A DNA stretch of 64,000 bases from a bacterium (GTDB lineage Bacteria > Armatimonadota > Chthonomonadetes > Chthonomonadales > JAMCWF01): assembly GCA_021842405.1 (NCBI GenBank), contig JAKBZR010000001.1, forward strand, positions 18,865 through 82,864, written 5' to 3'. Made by a program: the position numbers and the translations under genes. Below the pieces are notes generated by a model, which saw only the letters and a program-made list of their open reading frames with translations, did not search any database and was not told the DNA's origin. Below are positions 1-10,738 of the stretch, piece by piece; within the stretch, counting starts at the first letter, position 1, and each line of letters starts with the position of its first letter.

Positions 1-57
1 ATCGTCATCCCGGCGGTGATACCTACCGGATATTCGCATTGATGGGGATAAAAAGCG

Positions 58-1257
58 ATGGCCGAATATCATTTCGACAACCAGGTTATCAGCGATACAG
101 GGAGAAATCGGATCATTTATCTGGACAATGCGGCTACCACCCCCTTGTGCGCGGCGGCCCGAGAAGCGATCGGCCGGTTGCTGAGGGAATCATTCGCAAA
201 TCCGTCCAGCCAGCATCGGGAAGGGCGGGAAGCACGATCCCGGATTGACGCAGCGAGGGATGCAGTAGCCGAAGTATTTGGCGGTGACTACAGCGAGATA
301 TATTTCACCTCCGGCGGCACCGAAGCGGACAACCTGGCGCTGTTTGGAGCGATGATGGCAGCGCCGTCCGATCGCAATCATCTCATTGTCAGCGCCATCG
401 AGCATCATGCGGTGCTGGATGCGGCCCGAAAACTTGAAAAATGGGGCCGGAAAGTGAGCTATCTGCCGGTGAATCGGCAGGGAGTGGTGGAGATCGAAAG
501 CTTGAATTCCGCCATCACCGACCGGACGGCGCTGGTTTCCGTGATGCACGCCAATAACGAAATTGGGACCATTCAGGCGATTGAAGAACTTGCTGCAGTC
601 GCGCATCAATACGGCGCTCTCTTTCATACCGACGCCGTGCAATCGGTGTCGTCAATGCCAATTGATGTGAACCGGTTAGGGGTGGATCTGCTCTCATTTT
701 CCGCCCATAAGTTTTATGGTCCAAAGGGGGTCGGTGGCCTATATGTGCGGAAGGGGATCGCCATATCTCCCTTGATGCACGGTGGCAGCCAGGAGCGCGA
801 GCTCAGGCCGGGCACCGAGAACATCATCGGCATCGTTGCACTGGCCGCCGCGTTGAAGTGGACGTCTGCCCACCGCGAGCGGGATATCAAACGGATCGCC
901 CGCTTCAGACGGCGATTGGAGGATCGGTTGGAGGCTATATCGGGCGTTTCGGTTAATGCAAAGGCGGCTGGCCGGTTACCTGGCATTGTCAATATTTCTG
1001 TTGATGGTGTGGAAGCGCAATCACTGCTGCTGCGGTTAGATCGGATGGGGGTCGCCGCTTCAGCCGGCTCGGCCTGCTCTTCTGGAGCTCTGGAGCCTTC
1101 GCACGTCTTGTTAGCGCTGGGTTATAACCGGGAAGAGGCTTCACAATGCATCCGGCTCTCTTTGGGAAGGTATACGACCATTTCTGACATCGAGCTAGCA
1201 TCCGACCGCATTGCGGAAGCGATTACGGCGATACGGAAAACGGGATCAAAAATATAA
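58..1257 (+). CDS. cysteine desulfurase, class V aminotransferase (NifS/IscS type)
   Basis: 399 aa ORF; PLP-lysine motif SAHKFYGPKG and catalytic-Cys loop SAGSACSSG near the C-terminus. Confidence 0.85.
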   Translation: MAEYHFDNQVISDTGRNRIIYLDNAATTPLCAAAREAIGRLLRESFANPSSQHREGREARSRIDAARDAVAEVFGGDYSEIYFTSGGTEADNLALFGAMMAAPSDRNHLIVSAIEHHAVLDAARKLEKWGRKVSYLPVNRQGVVEIESLNSAITDRTALVSVMHANNEIGTIQAIEELAAVAHQYGALFHTDAVQSVSSMPIDVNRLGVDLLSFSAHKFYGPKGVGGLYVRKGIAISPLMHGGSQERELRPGTENIIGIVALAAALKWTSAHRERDIKRIARFRRRLEDRLEAISGVSVNAKAAGRLPGIVNISVDGVEAQSLLLRLDRMGVAASAGSACSSGALEPSHVLLALGYNREEASQCIRLSLGRYTTISDIELASDRIAEAITAIRKTGSKI

Positions 1258-1321
1258 CGGACGGTGCGGTTGAGGAATTGAAACGACCCTATTTCCCGCT
1301 TCCAAATCCATCGAGGCGAAG

Positions 1322-3286
1322 CTAAGCAATCGGTTCGACATAAAATTCGGTCGTTTCGGCGACGCGCTTAAACCAGCGACCGGTACGATCTACCAGCGGG
1401 AACCACCAGGCGCTCGGCCGGTGATCGGAGTGGGGCAAGCCTTCGATGGCCATGGTGGCTTTGCAGAGCATGCGAAACCGCTCCATCTCGCACTCATTCT
1501 CTATTCGGGTGATGGTCGCCCTTGCTTCCGCCGCTTCTCCCTCTCTTTCCAATGCCAATCGAGCCGCCTTAATTCGAGTTGCTTCCTGGAGCGCTAACCG
1601 CCGCTCCTCATGCAGGGCATCCAGCTCTGTTTGAAAGCGAGCGCGGGCCGCCTTTTCTTCGGGCGTCCAGGTTTGGGTTGCCCGGAAGTGATCTCCCATT
1701 TGCTTCTCGGTATTTGTGATCATGCGGCGGATTTCATCCACGCGATCATATATTTCGTTCACCCGTCTCTGTTTCTCCAAGCCCTGAGCGCGGTATGCGA
1801 TGAGCCTCTCTTTCGCACGATTGTACTCGGCCAAGCGATCTATCCATTGCCCACTCGCATTTTCAGCTAGAAAGGCGAGAATTGCACGGGGCCGGCGGAT
1901 TTCGAGCAGGTTGGCGCGGAGCGATTTTTGCTTTTGCATTGCGGTGCGCCAACGTTGTGCGAATTCCACCCCGCTGATTGTAGGTCGGCCGAAAGCCAAG
2001 CCGAGATGCTGTGGGAGCTTAAAGCTGCACGCCGTCTCGCGCAACGAATCCCAAGTATGGTAGTGAAGGCGAAGGATCGGTTTAAAATCCAACTTGATTC
2101 CGTGCTTTTGCAGGTATTCATTCATCTTGCGGGTCCGCCAGACGTAAGACGAGCCTTCTTTGCTAAATACAAAGATGTACTCGGTGGCCAGCATCGAGAT
2201 GAGCGCGACCGCTTTTCCAACCACCACCACATCGTTGCCAAACTCTCGATTCAGGGTTATTGCCAGGTCGCAGACATTCTCAATCGGTTCACGGAGGGGG
2301 ATGCGCAGCGGATGAGGCGTCTCGATATGGACAGCGCGCAACGTAATCCGCAGTGACCCGCGCCCGTGATGGGGCAAAACCACATCGAAGGGTATGGCGC
2401 CCAACCCGAATTTATCCAACGAATAGATATCGGAGCCGGCTACTGCTCCATTATAAGCGGCGATCGCCGTCTTTCGAGTGGATGGGTTGAGAAACAGGTC
2501 TAAAAATTGAAAACGACGCAAACCGGCGGTTTCTGGAGTGAGGCGGAGTAGCGAGGTCGTACTGGTGACTTCACATGACCCTTTACATTCGGCATCAAGG
2601 TAATTGAGCAGGCGTGGATAGATGGCCTGAAAGAGATCACTCAACATACCGTTGGGATGGCTTGCGATAAGCTGCTCTAACTCATGGTAAATTCGATCGG
2701 CAACCGTTTGAGCTTCTCTCCGACAGCACTCCTCTGAAATCGCTTCGATGGTACCGTCGAAACCCCATTTCAATAGGCGCAAGATGCCATCGGCGACCTC
2801 CTTTAAGGGGAGGCGGTTCACCACTAAATTGCGGGAACCGATATACACCAGTCCGCGCCAGCCCCACGCCTCGGTAAAGTGATCAATCAACGCTGAGACG
2901 CCGCCGGGGTAGGCGGCCCCTAGACGCTCCAGCGGAATGCCGGCTTGCTGAGCATCGGACCGGCGTGGAAATGTCTCGCTGCCGAACAGCCGGGAGATCT
3001 CACCGGCCGCCGACCAGAGATCTCTGGTTGAGCCATCGTTATGCGGGAAAAGATCAAATCGGGGGCCCCCGTCGTTCCGAACTCTCGACTTGGCGAAATA
3101 ATCGGTGTCATGCACTCCCAGCACCAAGGTTCCACCCAGCTCCATCTGGTCCAAAGCGCGCCTCAACACCGCCTTCATGGGTTCATCCCAAAAAACGGTT
3201 TGCCCAAGCGCCAAGAAACGGACATTAGGATAGGCGTCACAAAGTGCTTTCAGTGTGTTATATGCTGATGGGTGAAACTCATTCAT
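1322..3286 (-). CDS. hypothetical protein, 654 aa, with E/R/A-rich coiled-coil-like C-terminal third
   Basis: long uninterrupted ORF; only short antisense ORFs overlap it; no family motif recognised by eye. Confidence 0.6.
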   Translation of the reverse strand: MNEFHPSAYNTLKALCDAYPNVRFLALGQTVFWDEPMKAVLRRALDQMELGGTLVLGVHDTDYFAKSRVRNDGGPRFDLFPHNDGSTRDLWSAAGEISRLFGSETFPRRSDAQQAGIPLERLGAAYPGGVSALIDHFTEAWGWRGLVYIGSRNLVVNRLPLKEVADGILRLLKWGFDGTIEAISEECCRREAQTVADRIYHELEQLIASHPNGMLSDLFQAIYPRLLNYLDAECKGSCEVTSTTSLLRLTPETAGLRRFQFLDLFLNPSTRKTAIAAYNGAVAGSDIYSLDKFGLGAIPFDVVLPHHGRGSLRITLRAVHIETPHPLRIPLREPIENVCDLAITLNREFGNDVVVVGKAVALISMLATEYIFVFSKEGSSYVWRTRKMNEYLQKHGIKLDFKPILRLHYHTWDSLRETACSFKLPQHLGLAFGRPTISGVEFAQRWRTAMQKQKSLRANLLEIRRPRAILAFLAENASGQWIDRLAEYNRAKERLIAYRAQGLEKQRRVNEIYDRVDEIRRMITNTEKQMGDHFRATQTWTPEEKAARARFQTELDALHEERRLALQEATRIKAARLALEREGEAAEARATITRIENECEMERFRMLCKATMAIEGLPHSDHRPSAWWFPLVDRTGRWFKRVAETTEFYVEPIA

Positions 3287-3307
3287 TGGTATGCCCTAAA
3301 ATCTGCG

Positions 3308-4804
3308 CTATTTTGCCATTTGATGAGCCAGCGCGGTAAAAGTTCGCACCATCACGCCGGTGGCCCCCTTTGAACGATAGGGCTTGGCCGTGTCGGTGTC
3401 GGCGGTGCCGGCGATGTCAAGATGGACCCAAGGGCGGCCCTCAACGAACTCTTCCAGGAATTTGGCGGCCGTTATTGCACCTCCAGCCCTTCCGGCCGCG
3501 TTTTTGATGTCGGCGATGTCACTTTTGATTAATTCTGAATATTCAGCCATCATGGGTAGCTCCCAGATCGGCTCCCCCGTTTGATCGGCCACCGATTTCA
3601 GCTCGGCCAGCCAATTTCGGTTGTTCGTCATCGCGCCGGTAACCAGGTTGCCCAGCCCAACGATGCAGGAGCCGGTCAAGGTTGCGGCGTCAATCAAGTT
3701 TTCCGCTTTGAGGTTGCGGACGGCATAGGTCAGCGCATCAGCCAGGATCATCCGTCCCTCCGCATCGGTTGTGATGATCTCCACCGTTTTCCCATTCATA
3801 CACTTTACGACATCGCCGGGTCGAAAAGCTTTGCCGCTGGGCATATTTTCAACCGCCGGGATGACTCCCACCACATTGATCGGGCATTTAGTCAGCGCAA
3901 TGGCACGCATCGCGCCCATAACGGCGGCGCCGCCGGCCATATCGCCTTTCATATCGGCCATGCCGTCGCTGGGTTTGATGGAAATTCCACCGCTGTCAAA
4001 AGTTACTCCCTTACCAACCAGCGCCAGCTTGAAATGGTCCGTATTGGGCTTATGTTTTAAAATGATCAATCTTGCGCGGTTTTCACTACCAACCGATACG
4101 GCGAGCAGAGATCCCATTCCCAAGCGCAGCATATCATCCTCATCTAAAATCTCACACTGCAACCCCACCGCTTCGGCCACCTCATGGGCTCTTTTGGCCA
4201 GATCACTGGGAGATAGGTTGTTGGCCGGTTCGTTGACCAAATCGCGTGCGATGTTGACCGATTCCGACACCGCTACCGCCCATTCCAGCAGCGGTTTAAG
4301 TTCCGCGCTGGGAATTTCCTGGCCGGCGGGAAACTCAACCTCCTCAAAAAACGGCAGCGGCTTCTTCACGGTGTGATAACGATCGGGTTCCCAGAGGCCG
4401 GTATAAATCCCTTCCACGCACGCCGTCACCACCTCAGCCGGTGGTAGGCCACCGGTGTTGTGATGAAGCAGGCAAACGATATGCTTGCAGTTTTTGCTCC
4501 TCAAGCAGCGCGCAGCGGCGCCAGCGGCTTGGAAATAGTTGTCACGTCGGATGGATTCACGCTTACCCAAACCGGCGATGAGGAGTCGTTTATAAGGGGT
4601 GGAGACATGAAAAAGGGTTAGTTCGCCCGCTTTTCCGGAAACCTCGTTCTCATCACCCAAACCGGCAAATGACGAAAAAATCCGGTCGGCCTTTTGATCC
4701 AAATCGGCCAGCAAAGGGTGAAATGCCTCCCCCTCAAAATGGCTTACAATAATGGCATCCGTCTGCAAAGAAATCGGATCGGTGGTCGTTGCGGTTACTC
4801 TCAC
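3308..4804 (-). CDS. pepA: leucyl aminopeptidase, M17 family
   Basis: 498 aa; M17 signature region ITTDAEGRMILADALTYA, VGKGVTFDSGG and typical length. Confidence 0.9.
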   Translation of the reverse strand: MRVTATTTDPISLQTDAIIVSHFEGEAFHPLLADLDQKADRIFSSFAGLGDENEVSGKAGELTLFHVSTPYKRLLIAGLGKRESIRRDNYFQAAGAAARCLRSKNCKHIVCLLHHNTGGLPPAEVVTACVEGIYTGLWEPDRYHTVKKPLPFFEEVEFPAGQEIPSAELKPLLEWAVAVSESVNIARDLVNEPANNLSPSDLAKRAHEVAEAVGLQCEILDEDDMLRLGMGSLLAVSVGSENRARLIILKHKPNTDHFKLALVGKGVTFDSGGISIKPSDGMADMKGDMAGGAAVMGAMRAIALTKCPINVVGVIPAVENMPSGKAFRPGDVVKCMNGKTVEIITTDAEGRMILADALTYAVRNLKAENLIDAATLTGSCIVGLGNLVTGAMTNNRNWLAELKSVADQTGEPIWELPMMAEYSELIKSDIADIKNAAGRAGGAITAAKFLEEFVEGRPWVHLDIAGTADTDTAKPYRSKGATGVMVRTFTALAHQMAK

Positions 4805-4995
4805 GCGCTCATTACCTCAAAAGTTAAGATTGATGTACAACCGGGTATATTTCGCAATAGTGGAGCAATTAATGGCCGCTTTCGTTTTAAACGGTTTCCA
4901 AGCTGGGGTCCCGCTACTTGTTATTTGGCCGGCCGCGATCTCGATACCCCCTTCAGTATACCTTCTGTAGCACCGATAAATTCCCGGCGATCAAA

Positions 4996-6306
4996 CTAAT
5001 GTTTGGCTAAAACCGCATCCAATTCGGCTTGAGTTTCCGTTGTCGCTTCATCCAGCGCCTGCTGCGGCGTCTTCTGGCCGTAAATCGCAGCGTCTACTGC
5101 CCTCTGCAGTGCGCCCATGTAGTATGCCTGAGCCGGCATCACCGGCCGCTGATGCTTTGATTCAAGCAGGATTTTATAGAACTGATTAAATCCGGGTTGG
5201 TGGCTCATGATCTTAAACGCCGGAGAGCGGGGTAGTGCGGGGAACAGGCCCATTTCGGTTGCGATCATTGTGGTACCGGTATTACTGGTACAGAGCCAGT
5301 GGATCAAGTTCCAGGCCGCATTGGGATGACGCGCCCCTTTCGGAATTGCGATGCACCATCCGCCGACCCATGAGCTGTGTCGCTCTCCGCCAGGAGGGAA
5401 GGGGATGAAACTCAAGCCGTAATTGAGATTGGGGGCGTAACGCTTTATATCCCGGATGCCGCTGATGTGCATGCATTCCATCGCCATTTGACCGGTATAA
5501 AATGGATTAAGTTGTGCGCTGCCGAATCCCTGCTGAAGGCCGACAATTTTGGTGATGTTGTACTTTTTGGCATAGGAGACCATCCATTTGAGGGCGGCCA
5601 CAATCTTGGGGTTATTGGCCGTAATTTGATGGGTCTTTGAATTATAAAATGAACCACCGAACGCCCAGCCCCAGGTGAAAAGGGAGTTGGCGCTGCCGAA
5701 CTGTGCCCACGGAATAATCCCGACCTGCACGAGATTACTGCCCTTATAGATCGTTAATCGAGCGGCGTCCGCATCCATCTCAGCAATGGTTTTAGGCGGC
5801 TTATTGGGGTTCAGGCCGACTTTGGCAAAATCGGCCTTGTTCCAAGCAAATGCGAAATTGGGATCAGCGCAGAAGGTCATCGCATAGATACGGCCATTGT
5901 AATGGATTTGACGCCAACATGGAGGAAAGAAGTCTTTGGCGACCAAGTGGTCTTGTTTGTAAAAACGATCCATGCTCAATAGGGCGCCGCGATCCGCCCA
6001 CTCAGCCACCTGCGGCCCATCCACGAAGATTACATCCGGCGGCAAGCCGGCTGCAACGGCGGTGAAAAACTTCTGATTATTGGAAAGGTCGTTCGGCGTA
6101 TAGACGACTTGAAGATGGATGTTGGGGTGAGTGCGTTCATATCGCTTCATGATGGCGGCAAACTCGTTGCTGGTAGTGCCGCCCCATGGATGCCAGACGG
6201 TTACAATCAGACGGCCTTTGCTGTCACGATTCGGTTGCGACCCAACGCATCCGGTGATAACAAAAACAAGAATCACTAACCCGGAAATTTTTTTCAATAA
6301 ATTCAT
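4996..6306 (-). CDS. ABC transporter extracellular solute-binding lipoprotein (sugar type)
   Basis: 436 aa; signal peptide with lipobox VITGC; overall family-1 SBP-like sequence; no permease or ATPase gene adjacent. Confidence 0.7.
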   Translation of the reverse strand: MNLLKKISGLVILVFVITGCVGSQPNRDSKGRLIVTVWHPWGGTTSNEFAAIMKRYERTHPNIHLQVVYTPNDLSNNQKFFTAVAAGLPPDVIFVDGPQVAEWADRGALLSMDRFYKQDHLVAKDFFPPCWRQIHYNGRIYAMTFCADPNFAFAWNKADFAKVGLNPNKPPKTIAEMDADAARLTIYKGSNLVQVGIIPWAQFGSANSLFTWGWAFGGSFYNSKTHQITANNPKIVAALKWMVSYAKKYNITKIVGLQQGFGSAQLNPFYTGQMAMECMHISGIRDIKRYAPNLNYGLSFIPFPPGGERHSSWVGGWCIAIPKGARHPNAAWNLIHWLCTSNTGTTMIATEMGLFPALPRSPAFKIMSHQPGFNQFYKILLESKHQRPVMPAQAYYMGALQRAVDAAIYGQKTPQQALDEATTETQAELDAVLAKH

Positions 6307-6731
6307 TCTGTTTCGTACCTATTTGCAAGTTTCAATGCGATATCGGCTGGAAATGAGCGCGGGCGCCCGTCCTTATCCACCACAACCTGATGGGTCTCCC
6401 CTTCCGCCAACAACCGGGTTTCGCATGTGACCCGATATCGGCACTGTAAGGAACGGCGCCTTAACTGGCTGACCTGCACGGAGATGGTAATGAGGTCATC
6501 ATAACGAGCCGGAGAGTGATAGCGGCAGGCGGCATAGACGATAGGCAGGAAAAGACCATGCTGCATTTCCATCGCGGCATAATCAACGTTACGAACGCGG
6601 CATAACTCACCTCGCGCCACTTCAAACCAGGTGAGATAGTGGGCGTAATATGCGACACCCATCTGATCGGTTTCGGCATAGCGCACTCGAAGCCGGGTGG
6701 ATACCCAGTCACTCCCTTCTATTTTATCCAT
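6303..6731 (-). CDS. acyl-CoA thioesterase, 4HBT/YbgC hotdog family
   Basis: 142 aa; N-terminal RVRYAETDQMGVAYYAHYLTWFEVAR motif typical of YbgC-type thioesterases. Confidence 0.8.
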   Translation of the reverse strand: MDKIEGSDWVSTRLRVRYAETDQMGVAYYAHYLTWFEVARGELCRVRNVDYAAMEMQHGLFLPIVYAACRYHSPARYDDLITISVQVSQLRRRSLQCRYRVTCETRLLAEGETHQVVVDKDGRPRSFPADIALKLANRYETE

Positions 6732-7276
6732 TTAGAGAGAATTATTGCATCCAAATAGCGACCGTGCTGCATTCGATATTCCCGATGCCGGCGTCCTTCC
6801 GTTTGAAATCCAAATCGAGTGTAAAGTGACATCGCTTTTAAATTATTGCTGAAAACGCTGCAGGTTAATTTCTCAATGACCGGATGATCCCGCGCCCAGA
6901 TTAAAAGGGTCTCAACCAGCGCGCCGCCAATTCCTTGATTGCGGTTTTCCCGCCGAACGGTCAATCCAAAGGTTCCCACATGGCGGGTACGTTCATAGGT
7001 GCCCCCCATGAAATCAAGGCTACCCACTAGGTACCCTTCAATATCGGCGATGAGCCAGATCGAGTTATCGCCGGCCAGAATCTGCTCCAGGCGATTGGGA
7101 GAGCCATTCCAGTCCCTTTCATACTCAGCCGGCGTGCTGACATAATAATCCGCACTTTCGGAGATGGTTTCCCGCTGCAGCTCTCCCAGCGCCGTTCGAT
7201 CAGTGAGGTTCGCACTGCGGATTTGCATGGGAACCCTCATCGTAGTCATATATTGCCGGCATATCTGAGGTGTCAT
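6719..7276 (-). CDS. GNAT family N-acetyltransferase
   Basis: 185 aa; acetyl-CoA motif RRENRNQGIGGALVE; true start may be an internal Met (MQIRSANL). Confidence 0.75.
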   Translation of the reverse strand: MTPQICRQYMTTMRVPMQIRSANLTDRTALGELQRETISESADYYVSTPAEYERDWNGSPNRLEQILAGDNSIWLIADIEGYLVGSLDFMGGTYERTRHVGTFGLTVRRENRNQGIGGALVETLLIWARDHPVIEKLTCSVFSNNLKAMSLYTRFGFQTEGRRHREYRMQHGRYLDAIILSKWIK

Positions 7277-7310
7277 GCGGCCCTACTCCAATCTTCAACA
7301 AACCCTAAGC

Positions 7311-8807
7311 TTACAATCGGGAACCGTTGATCATACTGGTTACCGCCAATGGGTGAATATTGTTTTCACTCGGCTCCAGCAGACAGATCCGGTGATGGTT
7401 CGTGTCGGCCACGATCAAATTCTGATCCATTGCTGCAATACCGCCAGGCTCGTCGAGCCGATCAATTATATCTTCTTGTTCTCCAGATGCCGAATTTTGA
7501 AATGATAGCGCCAGCGTTTGGACCGCTCCGTTATCGGGGTCAAGTTTCCGGATGCAGTGATTGTAGCTGTCGGCTACGTAGACCAATCCGTTTATATAGG
7601 CGACGCCCAGCGGATGCTGAAAACGCGCTTCATCGCCGGTGCCGTCTTTAAGGCCGAAATCGAAGAGGTCGCCACCAGCCAGCGTGCTCACCGTTGGCCT
7701 AGCCCCCAATGTGATTTGGCGTATGGAGCTAATCTCCGGATCGGCCACAAAGAGGGAGCTGCCATCGGTTGCCAATCCGCTCGGCTGTGCGAAAGCGGCT
7801 CGATGCACCGGCCCATCCACGCGGGCTTCACGACCGGTGCCAGCGAAAGGCAGCGCCTCATTCCGATCGAAATCGTATCGCCATATCTGGTGGCAACCAG
7901 CCATCGCGATGAACAGGTAACGCTGGCAAACCAGAATATCCCACGGGGAGTTAAGGGAAACCGAGTCGCCAGGACCGCCAATCCCCGGACCGAGCGACAT
8001 TCGGCCATTGCCGATTAAGGTTGTGACGGTGCGGGTACTCAGATCGGCAAGGCGTATCAAGTGATTATCGGTATCGGCGATGAGCAGCTTGCCTTCATGG
8101 AGCGCCAGTCCCTGCGGATTGTGAAAGGCCGCCTCCTCAAAGGCGCCGTTCTTAGAATCCGCCTCACCGCACCCACAGATATCAAGTAATTTCCCATCGA
8201 AATCGGTAATTACGATGCGGTGGTGCCCTGAATCGGCAATGTAGAGGCGCCGGTTTTCATTGTCGGCGATCACTTTGCCGGGGTATCGCAGCGGTAAATC
8301 ACCCGATTCGTCCGATTCAAGCTGAAAGCGGGGCCGTTGGCCGGTTAGATCGCCCGTTGACTCGAAATGTGCAAGGGCTTCACCGATGGCATTGTCCAGC
8401 TCTCGCAGATGTCCCTCGCCGGAGACCATGCCAAGGATATGGCCGGTCGGTCCGATGAGCACCAAAGTTGGCCAGGCGCGGATGCCATAGCTTTGCCAGA
8501 TATGATAGTCGTTATCGAGCGCGATCGGGTGGCGGATGTCATACCGCAGCACCGCATTCCGCACGTTCTGTATTTCCCGCTCATTGTGAAATTTGGCCGA
8601 GTGAACGCCGATCGCCACAAAGGGATCGCCCCGGTACTTTTCTTCAAGATAGCGAAGCTCCGGCAGCACGTGCATACAGTTGATGCAGCAGTAGGTCCAA
8701 AAATCAAGCAGCACAATATGGCCGCGCAACCCTTTCAGGCTGAGCGGCTGATCGGTGTTCAACCAATCGGTAGCGGCCAGTTCTGGAGCATGGACCGGTT
8801 CCATCAC
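7311..8807 (-). CDS. thioredoxin-like domain fused to NHL-repeat beta-propeller
   Basis: 498 aa; N-terminal LLDFWTYCCINCMH redox motif; repeated ...ADS/ADT/ADP...HxI(R)... NHL-like blades. Confidence 0.75.
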   Translation of the reverse strand: MMEPVHAPELAATDWLNTDQPLSLKGLRGHIVLLDFWTYCCINCMHVLPELRYLEEKYRGDPFVAIGVHSAKFHNEREIQNVRNAVLRYDIRHPIALDNDYHIWQSYGIRAWPTLVLIGPTGHILGMVSGEGHLRELDNAIGEALAHFESTGDLTGQRPRFQLESDESGDLPLRYPGKVIADNENRRLYIADSGHHRIVITDFDGKLLDICGCGEADSKNGAFEEAAFHNPQGLALHEGKLLIADTDNHLIRLADLSTRTVTTLIGNGRMSLGPGIGGPGDSVSLNSPWDILVCQRYLFIAMAGCHQIWRYDFDRNEALPFAGTGREARVDGPVHRAAFAQPSGLATDGSSLFVADPEISSIRQITLGARPTVSTLAGGDLFDFGLKDGTGDEARFQHPLGVAYINGLVYVADSYNHCIRKLDPDNGAVQTLALSFQNSASGEQEDIIDRLDEPGGIAAMDQNLIVADTNHHRICLLEPSENNIHPLAVTSMINGSRL

Positions 8808-8828
8808 CCTCTCATTTCACCTTGAAGA

Positions 8829-10568
8829 TTAATTACAATCGGCGGCCAGCCGCTCCATAAATTGATGGATCGGAACGGCGCCAAGGTCCCCTTCGCCACG
8901 ATGGCGGACCGAGACGGTTCCGGCCGCAATATCGCGATCGCCGATGACGAGCATGTAGGGGATCTTTGCCACTTCGGCCTGCCGGATTTTATAGCCGGTT
9001 TTCTCGTTTCGGACATCCACCTCGGACCGGTAACCGGCATCCCTCAATTGCCGGGCAATTTCAGACGCGGCGCTTTGATGGCGATCGGCAATCGGTATCA
9101 CCCTCACCTGAATCGGAGCTAACCAAGTTGGGAAGGCGCCGGCGTAATGCTCAATCAGTAGGCCGATTATCCGCTCCAGTGAGCCGAACGGAGCGCGGTG
9201 GATCATCAGCGGACGATGCGGTTTGCCGTCCTCACCGATATACTCCAGCTCAAAGCGCTCCGGCAAGTTGTAATCAACCTGGACGGTTCCCATCTGCCAC
9301 TCCCGGCCCAGCGCGTCGCGTACCATCAAATCGAGCTTAGGGCCGTAAAAGGCGGCATCGCCTTTTGAGATGGAGTAGTCCATTTTCAGGTCAGCGACGG
9401 CTTGTTTGATGGCCGTTTCAGCGGCGGACCAGTTCTCATCGCTGCCGATGTATTTGTCATCCTCTGGATCGCGCACCCCGATACGCAACCGATATTCTTG
9501 CAGATTGAGCTTGCGCAACACGGTCACCATCAAATCCACCACCGCCTTGAACTCATCCTGGAGCTGATCCGGTGTGACGAACAGGTGCGCGTCATCCTGG
9601 GTAAAGCCTCTCACGCGGAGCATTCCGTTCAATTCACCGCTCTGCTCATACCGGTAAACGGTGCCGAACTCAGCCAGCCGGAAAGGCAGGTCCCGGTAGG
9701 AGCGGGTTTGAGAGGCGTATATTTGAATGTGATGGGGGCAGTTCATCGGCTTTAGGATGAAGGTCTCATGCGCCTCTTCGTCGTTCATCATGGGAAACAT
9801 CTTGTTGTTAAAGGTTGAGAGATGTCCCGATTTGGCATAGAGGCGACTGCTGGCGATATGGGGGGTGACAACCGGCATGTAGCCTCGCCTTTGCTGCTCC
9901 ATTTTCAAAAACTGCTCCAGCGTTTCCCGTAAAACGGCGCCCTTCGGCAGCCAAAGCGGTAGTCCGCTGCCCACTTCCGGGGTAAACAAAAAGAGCTCCA
10001 GCTCACGCCCCAGCACTCGGTGGTCGCGCTTTTTGGCCTCTTCCAGCCGATTGAGGTAGTCGTCCAGCTCCGCCTGAGTGGGCCAGACGGTGCCGTAGAT
10101 CCGGGTGAGCATCCGATTGCGCTCATCTCCTCGCCAGTAAGCGCCGGCAATGGAGAGCAGCTTGAAGTGCCGAATCTGACCGGTGCGATTGACGTGCGGG
10201 CCGCGGCATAGATCGAACCAATCCCCCTGCTCATAAAAGCTGATCGGATCGCCGTCCGGTATGGCCTCGATGAGCTCCAGCTTGTAGGGCTGGTTGGATT
10301 TTGAGTAGAGGGCGGTTGCCTCTTGCCGGGATCGGGTGAGCCGCTCGATCGTCAGATCACGTTTTGAAATCTCTTGCATTCGGGCTTCAATCTGGGGGAG
10401 GTCTTCGGCCGTGATTGATTTTGGAAACTCAAAGTCGTAGTAGAACCCCTCCTCGATCGGCGGGCCGATTGCCAGCTTGGTGCCCGGATAAAGCTCAGTG
10501 ACCGCCTGAGCCATCAAATGGGCGGCGCTGTGCCTCAAGCTATAGAGCGGATCGCGCGCGTCAGTCAT
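8829..10568 (-). CDS. thrS: threonine--tRNA ligase (no N-terminal TGS domain)
   Basis: 579 aa; starts at the editing-domain motif LRHSAAHLMAQAV...AIGPPIEEGFYYDF; class II catalytic and anticodon-binding regions present. Confidence 0.9.
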   Translation of the reverse strand: MTDARDPLYSLRHSAAHLMAQAVTELYPGTKLAIGPPIEEGFYYDFEFPKSITAEDLPQIEARMQEISKRDLTIERLTRSRQEATALYSKSNQPYKLELIEAIPDGDPISFYEQGDWFDLCRGPHVNRTGQIRHFKLLSIAGAYWRGDERNRMLTRIYGTVWPTQAELDDYLNRLEEAKKRDHRVLGRELELFLFTPEVGSGLPLWLPKGAVLRETLEQFLKMEQQRRGYMPVVTPHIASSRLYAKSGHLSTFNNKMFPMMNDEEAHETFILKPMNCPHHIQIYASQTRSYRDLPFRLAEFGTVYRYEQSGELNGMLRVRGFTQDDAHLFVTPDQLQDEFKAVVDLMVTVLRKLNLQEYRLRIGVRDPEDDKYIGSDENWSAAETAIKQAVADLKMDYSISKGDAAFYGPKLDLMVRDALGREWQMGTVQVDYNLPERFELEYIGEDGKPHRPLMIHRAPFGSLERIIGLLIEHYAGAFPTWLAPIQVRVIPIADRHQSAASEIARQLRDAGYRSEVDVRNEKTGYKIRQAEVAKIPYMLVIGDRDIAAGTVSVRHRGEGDLGAVPIHQFMERLAADCN

Positions 10569-10738
10569 GGGAAAACTGCTTTCTGTAAACGAGATGTTCG
10601 GTTAATCGGGCGAGCGAAATGTGAAGCCCCGCCCACCGGCCGAATGATTCGTGTTGGGAGGTGCATCGGCGAATGAGCATGACCTTTTTGATGGGCAACT
10701 CTTTGAGATTATTTTATTCAATCGGGGCGGCGCAAGTC

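Noticed and set aside
10569-10738. T-box or other leader upstream of thrS
   Set aside because: No AGAGA/GGUGNRA/T-box motifs or terminator were found on the minus strand.
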